Shown piece after piece: positions 25,590 through 37,006 of a stretch of 64,000 nt of DNA. Within the stretch, counting starts at the first letter, position 1, and the number at the start of each line of letters is the position of its first letter. A model generated the notes under the pieces. The model was given only the letters and a program-made list of their open reading frames with translations. It was not told the origin of the DNA and made no database searches. The position numbers and the translations under genes are program-made. The stretch spans positions 62,496,001 through 62,560,000 of the forward strand of contig OZ024746.1 of assembly GCA_964016885.1 (NCBI GenBank). Reading direction: 5' to 3'. This stretch comes from Eledone cirrhosa (lineage: Eukaryota).

Positions 25590-26410
25590 ACCAACCAACT
25601 AACCAATCAGCCAATCAACCTACCAACTAACCAACCAACCAACCAACCAGCCAGCCAACCAATCAACTTACCAACCAACCAACCAATCAATCAACCTACC
25701 AACTAACCAACCAGCCAATCAACCTACCAACTAACCAACCAACCAACCAACCAACCAACCAGCCAGCCAACCAACCAACCAACCAGCCAGCCAACCAATC
25801 AACTTACCAACCAACCAACCAATCAATCAACCTACCAACTAACCAACCAGCCAATCAACCTACCAACTAACCAACCAACTAACCAACCAGACAATCAACC
25901 TACAAACTAACCAACCAACCAATCAACCTACCAACTAACCCACCAGCCAATCAATCTACCAACCAACCAACTAATCAACCAGACAACCAACTAACCAACC
26001 AGCCAATCAACTACCAACTAACCAACGAGCTAATCAACCTACCAACCAACTAACCAACCAGACAATCAACCTACAAACTAACCAACCAACCAATCAACCT
26101 ACCAACTAACCAACCAACCAATCAACCTACCAACTAACCCACCAGCCAATCAACCTACCAACCAACCAATTAATCAACCAACTAACCAACCAGCCAATCA
26201 ACCTACCAACCAACCAACGTGCCAATCAACCTACCAACTAACCAGCCAACCAACTAACCAACCAGCCAATCAACCTACCAACTAACCAACCAACCAACCA
26301 GCCAATCAACCAACCAACGTGCCAATCAACCTACCAACCAGCCAATCAACCTACCAACTAACCAACCAACCAACTAACCAACCAGCCAATCAACCTACCA
26401 ACCAACCAAA
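25590..26410. repeat. (AACC)n-derived compound satellite
   Basis: AACC, CAAT, CCTA and CAGC variants. Confidence 0.95.
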
Positions 26411-27219
26411 CACACCCATTCACTCTTCAGGCTACATATCAATGTAGCAGTGTCAAAACCACAAAGCATTTCCTAACTCTCTTCTTACTGTCACTCTTAC
26501 CTTTATCTCTCCCTCTCTCTCACACACACACACACACTCTCTGACATACATGCACGCAAACAATCTCTCTCAGATACATACAGAGACACACACAAACACG
26601 CATTCACATTTTCACACTCTTTCACTCTCATACACACACACAAACACACATTCATGCATTCACATTTGCACTCTCTTTCACTCCTATACACACACACACA
26701 CACACACAATCACCCACTATTTTACACACCTTCTCCTTCTCTCTCTCAGACTGCTCCACATCAATAATGTCTGCTAAGTACAGGAATCTTGGTAATGTGT
26801 AATATTGATCAGAAGACAACATTCTGCATGTTTTATAGCATAATCAGTTGGGTTGGGGTTATTGCATGGTATGTGAGAGAAAGGGGGAGAAGAGAGAGGG
26901 GGAAGCCAATAGAGAGGGAGAAGAGAAGGATAGGGGAAAGCTAATAGAGAGGGAGAAGAGAGCCAATAGACAGGGAGACAGCAGATTGTGGAGAGAGAGA
27001 GGAGGGGTGAGGAAGCTAATAGAGGGGGGGGGGGACAAGAGTGTGGAGAGTGAGAGGGGGAGAGGGGACAGAGGAAGACATGAAGGGGTGTTGAGGTGGT
27101 GGCAAAGTAGTTGTAGAGGAGGGAAAGTGAGAGGGAAGGTAAGTTCCCAAGCAACAACAATAAATAAATAAATAAACTGCCTGGTGTAAATCACTAGTGG
27201 TGCTAACTACTGTCATCAT

Positions 27220-27430
27220 TGGTGGTGGTGTTGTTGTTGGTGGTGTTGTTGGTGGTGTTGTTGTTGGTGGTGGTGGTGATGGTGGTGATGGTAGTGGTGG
27301 TTTTGGTGTTGTTGTTGGTGGTGGTGGTAGTGGTGGTGGTGTTGGTGGTGGTGGTGCTATTGTTTTTGGTGGTGAGGTTAGTGTTGGTGTTGTTAGATGT
27401 GGTTTTGTTGTTGTTGGTGGTGGTGATGTT
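27220..27430. repeat. (GGT)/(GTT) low-complexity repeat
   Basis: Seen directly. Confidence 0.9.
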
Positions 27431-28597
27431 ATTTGACAAGAACCAACAATTAAAACAACAGCACAATGTGTGACAACCAGCAGAAGAACATTCCTGTGTT
27501 GGTGAAGAAGAGATATGCATGGTCCCATAACTCCTGTAACATAGCAGATTTCTTCCAGAGAAGGATAGAATTTGAGAAAGAGATATAGAGGAAAAATTAA
27601 CCTTGAATGGAGGAAAGGTGATGTTGACCTCAGCTTGATTTTAACTCAGGAGAGCAGAGAACCAGAACAAGTACCGCAAAGTATTCTATATCAGGCATGT
27701 CAAACTGTTCCTACACGTGTTTACATATGACAGCAGAACTTATCATTTAAAACTTGTCAGTATATCTAGATGAAATTTCAGATTCTCTAACATACACTAT
27801 GTAGTGAGAGCATCAGCTTTATTATCCATCATTTTATAACTGCTTTTCCATGTTAGCATGGGTTGGAGAAGTCATTGGCAGAACATTCTGTGATGAACCT
27901 AGCTATAAGCTATTACTCTCTCAATTGGCAGAACATTGGGGAACTCTCTGTAATGAACTTCAAACTAGATATACAAACTAATCAAAACAATTCTGTTATT
28001 TTTCTGTCCATGGGGAGATATTAACATTTGTTTACATTGCACAGCAAAGCTTATAATTTTATTATAATTTTAAATATACCTACATTAATTCTCAGTGTGT
28101 GAGTGTATTTTTGTGTATGTGCACTTGTATGTGTATGTATATATTCACACGTGTGTGCATGCATGCATGCGTGTCTGTGTGTGTGTGTATGTATATATAT
28201 ATATGCATGTGTATACTATGTTAACAGAAGTTAAAATTGAATGACACTGAGATATATATCTAAAGATAATATTCAGGTTATACAGACATAATGTAAATAG
28301 CAAGAGAGAAAACCAAAGCAGAAGCCTATGTGTGATCACTGAACCTAGCAGAAATAGGAGCCAAAACTCCTTTGATGTGTCCTTAGATGTACTGTGTTTG
28401 AAGTCACAGTTGACTCTGGGCTAAACAACAACAAAGGTCCGATAGATATCCAAAACAGATAGAATATCAGATAACCTAGTGACAGGTTCATTGATTCTCA
28501 TATTTTGTCAACTCCTGAGACTGCACTGATAAATCAATAACAATGGTGCTTAACTATCAATACAGTCAGGGTTCCAACTATCTCTACATAGCTAGCC

Positions 28598-28793
28598 TTA
28601 ACCCTTTAGCATTTAAACCGGCTGCATCTGGTCAGAATTCTCTCACCTTTTTCTGTCCAAACCAGCCATAACTGGCTGTTCATACTTATGTTAAGGTATT
28701 GTTCTCAAAATAAATAATATCAAAATCTCGTAGATTTGATATTATGTGAGGTAAAGCCTTTACCGTGAAAATATAATAGTATATATAGAGTAA
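28598..28793. mobile_element. MITE family A, truncated by an RTE fragment
   Basis: One TIR plus the body. Confidence 0.8.
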
Positions 28794-29062
28794 TCATCAT
28801 CATCATCATCATTTTACGTCCATTCTTCCACGCTATGGGTTAGATGGGTTGTCCTGTTGTGGGCAATGCCAGGTCAGGTGACTATATCTTGCTCATACAG
28901 AACTGATTCTGGCTTGATTTCTACAGCTGGATGCCCTTCCTAACATCAACCTCATTTACAGTGAGTACTGGGTGCTTTTTTTACCGTGGCACCTACACGA
29001 CCATTTTACAGTGTGGACTGGGTGCTTTTTTATTGTGGTACCTACATGACCACTTTACAGTG
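28792..29062 (-). mobile_element. RTE family-2 3' UTR fragment truncating a MITE
   Basis: (CAT)n, then TTTTACGTCC...GGATGCCCTTCCTAAC, directly after the broken end of a TTAA MITE. Confidence 0.8.
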
Positions 29063-29531
29063 GTTCTTGTTTAGCCTTAGAAGTTAACCTTGATCCAACA
29101 GGCATATGCTGAAAGGCATTCCAGCCAGGACCATCCCATCATCTTAAAGTTATGTCTAAGATCACATCATCCGATGTAACATTTCATTATTCAAATTGAT
29201 AGTGTATGCTTTGAAGGAGATTGGGTTGCTATAACCAGCAGATCAAAAAGCCATGTAGATGCTCCTTTGTTGGTTTACTCTAGAATGATGTAGTTTACAG
29301 ATGTAGGCAGCAGCAACACTATAAATTTACGAGTGTTTCACTAATGTGCAGTTCTATTTATTTTCTGGGCCAAGCAAAGGGCAGTGGAAATTCACTTGTG
29401 TACACCACTTTTAAAGAAGAGTAATTCCTGTTGTCTAAGCAACTCTGGGTGCCTGTATAAATAGTACTGGGGTCCATGACTTTGTTAACTAGATAAATAT
29501 TTCAAATGCTTATGGTCTGTGGGAAAATGCA

Positions 29532-29762
29532 TTTAACTCTTAACATCCTTTACATTGAAAAAGTATCAACCCGAACTATAACTGCATCAAATTGAAAATT
29601 GAAGACTTTACTCTAATATTACAAAATTTTACAAAGATATACCCACTAGTAAATATAAACTAAAACCATTTCAATAAACAAACTAAAAACATTTCAATAA
29701 ACAAAACTTTTTGATTTTTTAGATATTTTTGTGCTAAATCCTTACAGGATGTTAAAAGTTAA
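29532..29762. mobile_element. TTAA-type MITE, family C
   Basis: TTAACTCTTAACATCCT...AGGATGTTAAAAGTTAA; relatives at about 50270-50382 and 52522-52706. Confidence 0.65.
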
Positions 29763-30311
29763 ACTAGATCATCCTTGGTAAGGAAAACATAAGGAACCAT
29801 TGCATAATAATAAAGAATGGATCTTCAACAGAAGGTCAATAACTCATTAGGATCACAGGGTTAACCATACAAATCCCCAGATCTAACAAGGAGCTATTTG
29901 TGACATGGGTTCCAACAATGTAGCACAAAAATACTGAATTATATTTTAAAAAACACAAACAGAAATTCCAGTCTTTATTGAATAAAGAAGCTCTTAATTT
30001 TTTGTAGTTTTAATTATATTCATAAGATATTAAATATATGCACAAAGTGTGCCAAAATATATTTTATTTACTGTAAAGTGTTTCCACATTCCCTTCTCCA
30101 ATAATACCAAGTCAAAAAGGAGGAACATCCACAGAACAGCAAGGATGACACCATACAATTCATGGTACCTCAAAAACAGACAATAGTTATGGCTTTATAT
30201 ATGATTATCCTGGATTGAATCGGGGGCAACCACAGTAAGTAAGGTACTCAATATATAGCAGAGTATAAATATCTAATATAGATATGGCTTCTACAGGACT
30301 AGAACTGTTTC

Positions 30312-30358
30312 CTTCCTGATGATTTCTTCCAAATGAAACAGTTCTAGTCCTGTAGAAG
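30312..30358 (+). ncRNA. Hammerhead-like motif (second family), core intact, stem II weak
   Basis: cttc-CTGATGA-tttcttccaaat-GAAA-cag-ttctagtc-ctg-TA-gaag. Confidence 0.55.
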
Positions 30359-30524
30359 CCATTTCTATATTAAATATATATATATATATAGTAATAATAA
30401 AAATGTGAAGAGTAAAATCCAAAGAGGGCTCGATAAGTTTCAGAAGATCCTGTTAAGAAAGCAGCGATTCTTTGTTTAAACTTTAATCTGTTATTTTAAT
30501 AAATATATATATATATGTAAACAT

Positions 30525-30672
30525 GGTTGGTGTTAGGAAGAGCATCCAGCCGTAGAAAACTCGCCAGACAGTCCTGAGCAAGACAACCAATCTTGCCTCA
30601 AGTGGGACAATTCCTGTCTAGACCCATGCTAGCGTGGAAGATGGACGTTAAACGATGATGATGATGATGATG
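30525..30672 (+). mobile_element. RTE family-3 3' end fragment
   Basis: GGTTGGTGTTAGGAAGAGCATCCAGCC...CCATGCTAGCGTGG...(GAT)n; matches the reverse complement of 53435-53570. Confidence 0.8.
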
Positions 30673-30760
30673 TAAAAGGTAAACAGAACTAACAATACAA
30701 CCGGTACAGTATATGGAAGGAATATATTAGGTTAACGCTTGAAATAGCAGGAAGAGGGTG

Positions 30761-30795
30761 TTAACGTTTTGGACACTAGTCCTTCATCAGAAGAA
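30761..30795 (-). ncRNA. Minimal Penelope-type hammerhead remnant (third family)
   Basis: Minus strand reads CTGATGA-a-ggac-tagt-gtcc-AAAA-cgTTA. A related copy lies at about 48732-48765. Confidence 0.5.
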
Positions 30796-31090
30796 AGAAT
30801 GAGAAATTAGATAGATTGAAGGTGTGTGTGTGTGTGTATTGACTCACACAAACATAGTTTATTTCTTAAAGGAATATTTTTTTCAAATAGATTTTTCGAT
30901 AAATTCATTTACTACCCATACCTTTCTATATGTAATTAATGTGGTTAATGACAAAGTATTATAATATTAACATGGAAGCATTGCAAATGGTAATATTTGG
31001 AACAAATGATAGACAAAGATCACAGTTGTGTGTATGTGTGTGTGTGTGTATATATATATATGTATGTGTGTGTGTGTGTATATATATATA

Positions 31091-31205
<115 letters not shown>

Positions 31206-32204
31206 TTACACTAAATTCTTGTGGCTTTCAGTCAATAAAAGGTGCTTTCTAAAAGAAGGAAAGTAGGAAAAGCAAAAAAAAAAAGTAAATTAGGAAAGAA
31301 ATAAAAATAAATAAACATGTAAGTAAATAAATAACAAATGATATTTAAGCTATAGTAAATAAATATAATAAATAATGAAAATAAATGAATAAATAAAATG
31401 AAATAAAAATCTTATTATGCTGGGTAAAAATGAAAATAAGAAATATATAAAAAATATAAGGAAATTGAATTTTTCTAATAGAAGGAATCAAATTTCCACA
31501 AGTGTGTTCTGTTCGCTGACATCCTTTAGCACTTGGCAGCCATGTAAATCTTTTCTTTAATTCAATCTTCAAAAGCCAAAAATATTCATGGCTGCAACTT
31601 TTAGTGAAAAAAAAAAGAAAGAAATGGTGCGAGAGAGAGAGAGAGACAGAGAGAGAGGGGGTATGAGGGGAGAGAGAGGGAGAGAGAGATAGGGGTATGA
31701 GGTGAGGGAAAGAGAGGGAGTAAAAGAGAGAGAGAGAGATGGGGGGGGGGTATGAGGGAGAAAGGGAGAGAGTGAGAAGGAAGAAGGAAAGAAGGAAGGA
31801 AATAAAATGCATGGAGTCAACTGTCGTGTGGTATTAAATCTGATGAACTTGGATTTCTGTAGTGAATTATGTGTGCACATACACATGCATACATACACAT
31901 ACATGCGTGAGTTTGTAATATATGTGTGTGTGTGTGGGGGGGGGGGTGTATTTGTAGCCACATACAGGTGTATGTGTGTAACATATGTACAACTGGCTGA
32001 CACCTGAAGTTCACATGGAGTCAGAAGCCAAAATAATCAAGAGTTAAAAAAAAAAAATACAAAAAACCACAAGTAAGCATCAAAGCTGAGACAGCATGTT
32101 GACTGTCTCTTGCTCTAAATCTACTTAAAAAACAGTTAGTTTCACATTGCCAACATATATTAAATGAACTGTATCTGAATGCAGCTTAAGTAATAACAAA
32201 TATA

Positions 32205-32415
32205 ATGATTGTTTCGACTTTTAGCACAAAGCCAGCAATTTGAAGGGATGAGAGGGAAAGTCGATTAGATTGAACCCCGGTGTATTACTGGTGCTTTATT
32301 TTATTGATTTGATCCCATAAGGATAAAAAGCAAAGCCGACCTCGGCAGGATTTGAACTCAGAACTAAAAGGGCCATAACTATATTCTGCAAAGCATGTTG
32401 TCTGATGCTTTACAG
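32205..32415 (-). mobile_element. Deu/Nin-domain SINE
   Basis: Reverse complement of the same core. Further copies at about 14090-14170, 15090-15210, 15960-16060, 17030-17225, 21810-21950, 22090-22160, 27590-27690 and 58015-58195. Confidence 0.72.
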
Positions 32416-32451
32416 GTAATATAATTACTACATCCAATGTAATATCATTGT

Positions 32452-32663
32452 TTAACCCTTTAGCATTTAAACCAGCCATTCCCGGCGAGAATTCTCTCGT
32501 TTTTCTGCTCAAACTGGCCGTAACTTGCCTTTCATAACGACTTATAAGTATTGTTCTCAAAATAAATAATATCAAAATCTCATAGATTCGATATTGTGAG
32601 ATAAAGTCTTTACTGTGAAAATACAATAGTAAATATAGAGTAATGGGACTACTAAAGGGTTAA
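32452..32663. mobile_element. MITE family A
   Basis: TTAACCCTTTAG...CTAAAGGGTTAA. Confidence 0.82.
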
Positions 32664-32898
32664 AATGTAATTACAGATAGATAGGAAGACAGACATATAT
32701 AGAGATAGGAAGACACATATATATATAGAGAGAGATAGAGAGAGAGAGAGAGGGGGGGGATAGATAAATAGATAAACAGATAGAAACAGTGAGAAAGAGA
32801 TAATCAGTTTAACAGCTGCTTTATTGTTGGGGGGGGGGGGGGGAAGAGAGATCATTTAATGGGAAATAACTCATGTTAGCCAAGGTCATAAATCTAGA

Positions 32899-33152
32899 TT
32901 AACCCTTTCATTATCATATTTCTAATGAAAGGTACTACCTTCGATTTAAAAATTTTTTTTTAAATATTCAAGAATTTTGAGTGATTTAGTAATATAACTT
33001 TCCCATTATTAAGTTAGTGTTTAGAACATGACAACAATTATTACATAAAATTATAATGGAAAGCTTTTAGATAAATATAAACTCTTTAAAATAAGCAATT
33101 TTGTATTGTAGAAACAGGGCGAGTTTCAAGCAGTTTAATATCAAATAAGTGA
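32899..33152. mobile_element. Older TTAA-type MITE, family B
   Basis: Starts TTAACCCTTTCATTATCATATTTC. Relatives lie at about 20705-20935, 23850-24220, 53362-54212 (split by an RTE) and 56314-56390. Confidence 0.6.
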
Positions 33153-33844
33153 TATTGTACTGAATGCTACACACACACACACAAAGACACACACAATAAT
33201 AATAATAAAAATTCTATGTAGAATATAAAATGTGATTATTTCTTCATGTTTGGGGACTGAGCTCTTTGGGATGGCTGGATGAGAGTTGGGGGGAATATGA
33301 AACTTCTAGTCCTAAAGCCACTGGTACAGTTTCACAGCTTGATAAATTATACTTAAGTCTATCCATGTATTTGAGTTTTGCTTTTCTCGTTTATATCCAG
33401 CAGTAGAAATCATACTAAACAAAAGGTTTGGAAGACTTTTCAACTGTGTCAAAGACTAGACAGCTTCCCGAGTATTGGTGTCATGATAAAATGCACTTGG
33501 TAGAGTGCGGGAACATATGTCAGGCCTCTGACGCCCTTGAATGTCATAAACACTGGTTGAACACTGCCACTCTGTGATGACATATCTAAAACTCAATGGC
33601 AGGGAGAATGGACGTTTATATGTTCATTTTACCATGATGGAATAGCTTAGACAGGAAGGTTTGAGATATTGTTTTACAGATGTATATACCGTTCCAGATA
33701 CCAACAATTAGTCTTACAACACACATAGATACAGTATACCTATTCTAAAAACTGAGGTACATACAGCAAATATATATATATATATATATATTCATATGGA
33801 ATCATATGAATGACAAATGAAACAGTTCTAGTCAAGGAGAAGTC

Positions 33845-33884
<40 letters not shown>

Positions 33885-33899
33885 CCTGTCCTATGAGTT

Positions 33900-33981
33900 T
33901 GTTCCCTGACGAGTTCAAAACTTGAGATTTTATCCTTAATAGGATATCTCAAAACACGAACAAAAACCGAGGGTAGAGACA
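33900..33981 (+). ncRNA. Type I hammerhead ribozyme motif, copy 1 (GAAA mutated to AAAA)
   Basis: tgttcc-CTGACGA-gttc...gaac-AAAA-accgaggg-TA-gagaca. Confidence 0.65.
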
Positions 33982-34575
33982 TTATCCTGGTAAGAGTGTA
34001 TGCATCTCTTCTAACTCTAATTTTATACCTAATTGTGTATGGTTGACGGTATATTTAGTCGATTCCCACGTGCTGTTGAAATGTTGGGTAAATATTCTAT
34101 TGCGGTTGGCCGCGAAGAGGCTGCTGTCGTTTATTTATCAAATATTTCTTCATAAGAGCCTTTTAATCTTATAGCCTGGTTTAATTGATTTTTTATGTGG
34201 TTAATTATGATAATTGGGAGAGGAAATGGTGTATATATATTATCAAATGATTCTATGGACATACTCTATGATATATTGCTCTGATTATTTAATTTATTAA
34301 TTCTTCATTGAGCCACATCGTGAATGGTTGCCAAAACATATATATCTGTGACTTTGTTTAGTTTGTGTATATGTAAATCTTTATATTTAATAATCTCCCA
34401 TTAGGTTGAGATGCAATTTGGGCAATATTGGACTACGCTTTCTAGCAACCAGCCCACTCGCCGTAAGCAACCAATCACATTTTTCTAACTTGACCACTGC
34501 CACGTCACGATTCTTAGCCATTTTGAATCTGTTTCTGGCGGGGATCGCTTTGGAAAATTACCTGTCCTATGAGTT

Positions 34576-34657
34576 TGTTTCTTGACGAGTTCGAAACTCG
34601 AGATTTTATCCTTAATAGGATATCTCAAAACACGAACGAAACCCAAGGGTAGAGACA
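34576..34657 (+). ncRNA. Type I hammerhead ribozyme motif, copy 2 (CTGA mutated to TTGA)
   Basis: tgtttc-TTGACGA-gttcg...cgaac-GAAA-ccc-aa-ggg-TA-gagaca; stems I, II and III all pair. Confidence 0.7.
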
Positions 34658-34998
34658 TTATCCTGGTAAGAGTGTATGCATTTCTTCTAACTCTAATTTT
34701 ATACCTAATTGTGTATGGTTGACGGTATATTTAGTCAATTCCCACGTGCTGTTGAAATGTTGTGTAAATATTCTATTACAGTCGGCCGCGAAGAGGCTGC
34801 TGTCGTTTATTTATCAAATATTTCTTCATAGGAGCCTTTTAATCTTATAGTCTGGTCTAATTGATTTTTTATGTGGTTAATTATGATAATTGGGAGAGGA
34901 AATGGTGTATATATATTATCAAATGATTCTATGGACATACTTTATGATATATATCTCTAACGTAACGATATATTATCACTACATTATTGATTACCTGA

Positions 34999-35034
<36 letters not shown>

Positions 35035-35248
35035 AAAAGACCTCTACAGGACTAGAACTGTTTCATTTGCCATTCATATGATTACATATGAATGAAACAG
35101 TTCTAGTCCTGTAAAAGTCATTTCTTGTATATAATAAAGATGCTTGTACTCTATCAACGTATTGAGTACATTTTTATGTATGGTAACCCCCCCCCCCCAA
35201 CTCTGGAATCTAAATTACACACACACACACACATACACATATATATAC

Positions 35249-35283
<35 letters not shown>

Positions 35284-35529
35284 CCACATATAGACACATA
35301 CGTATGCGTACACACACACACACACACACACACAATCAAGGTTAATAAACCATATCGCTGTAGCCCACCTTTCATCAATTAGATTTGTGCTTAATTACTA
35401 TATTCAATGGTTATTTAAACATATGCAAGGAATCAATACCTCATGTAAACTAATTTATTGTTAAGGTTGCACATAAACATAAGAAAACTTGACATGGTAT
35501 CTGTTCCATCAGTGTCACACATACATATA

Positions 35530-35880
35530 CACACACTCATCGACATTCTCTATCTATTACACACACACATACACACACACTCATGGACATATTCTATCTC
35601 TCTTACACACACACATACACACACACTCATGGACATATTCTATCTCTCTTACACACACACACACACTCATGGACATATTCTATCTCTCTTACACACATAC
35701 ACACACACTCATGGACATATTCTATCTCTCTTACACACACACATACACACACACTCATGGACATATTCTATCTCTCTTACACACACTCATGTACATTCTC
35801 TCTCTCTCTCTTACACACACTCATGGGCTTAGCCTCTCTCTCACACACACACACACACACACAACCATATACTTTCTCTC

Positions 35881-35932
<52 letters not shown>

Positions 35933-36305
35933 TACTCTCTCTCCACACACACACACATATATATATATACACACACTCTCTCTCTCCACACACACACATG
36001 TATATATATATACACACACACACACTCTCTCTCCACACACACACACATGTATATATATATATATATATATACACACACATACTCTCTCTCCACACACACA
36101 CATGTATATGTATATATATATATATACACACACAGACACATACTCTCTCTCTCTCTCTTACACACACATATATACATACTATCTTTCCCCTTCACACACA
36201 CACATATACTCTCTCACACTCATACATATACTCTCTCACACACACACACACATTCATACAAACATATACTCTCACACACACATACAAACACACTTTCTCT
36301 CTCAC
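35530..36305. repeat. (CA)-spaced minisatellite CTCATGGACATATTCTATCTCTCTT plus compound CA/TA/CT tract
   Basis: Visible tandem units. Confidence 0.9.
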
Positions 36306-36488
36306 AGACACAAGAGTGCGTTATAAGATAAATGGAACGGAACTCCCTGATGCGGAAATAAAAAAAAAACTATTTAATGCTAAGAAAATGGAACTGAGGA
36401 TTAAAAACAAACAAAAGAAATGTAAATAAATTTTGATTTATTTACATTTAAATATATATTTTAGAGAAGGAAGAGGAGGAGGAACTTT

Positions 36489-36553
<65 letters not shown>

Positions 36554-36664
36554 CAACATTAGAGAAAACAAAGTCTGAAGAAGATAAAAAAAAAATGAAA
36601 CAAGTCAATGAAAGAAAGTAAAAAATTTAGAAAAAGTAAAAATGATTATCAGTAAAAAAAAAAT

Positions 36665-37006
36665 GAAAGAAGAAGGTAGAAGAGGTAGAAGAAGAAGAAG
36701 AAGAAGAAGAAGAAGAAGAAGAAGAAGAAGGCAAAGAAGAAGAAGAAGAAGAAGGCGAAGAAGGTGAAGAAGAAGAAGGCGAAGAAGAAGAAGGCGAAGA
36801 AGAAGAAAAAGAAGAAAAAGAAGAAAAAGAAGAAGGCGAAGAAGGCGAAGAAGAAAAAGAAGAAGGCGAAGAAGAAAAAGAAGAAGGCGAAGAAGAAAAA
36901 GAAGAAGGCGAAGAAGAAGGTGAAGAAGAAGAAGGCGAAGAAGAAGAAGAAGAAGAAGAAGAAGAAGAAGAAGAAGAAGAAGAAGAAGAAGAAGAAGAAG
37001 AAGAAA
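36665..37006. repeat. (GAA)n with GGC/AAA interruptions
   Basis: Seen directly. Confidence 0.95.

Larger units (their letters stand above)
33881..34952 (+). mobile_element. Direct-repeat element (2 x 396 bp, period 676 bp), retrozyme-like or Penelope pseudo-LTR-like
   Basis: 33881-34276 is repeated at 34557-34952. Each copy begins with a hammerhead fold, and (TA)n lies on both sides. Confidence 0.75.
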
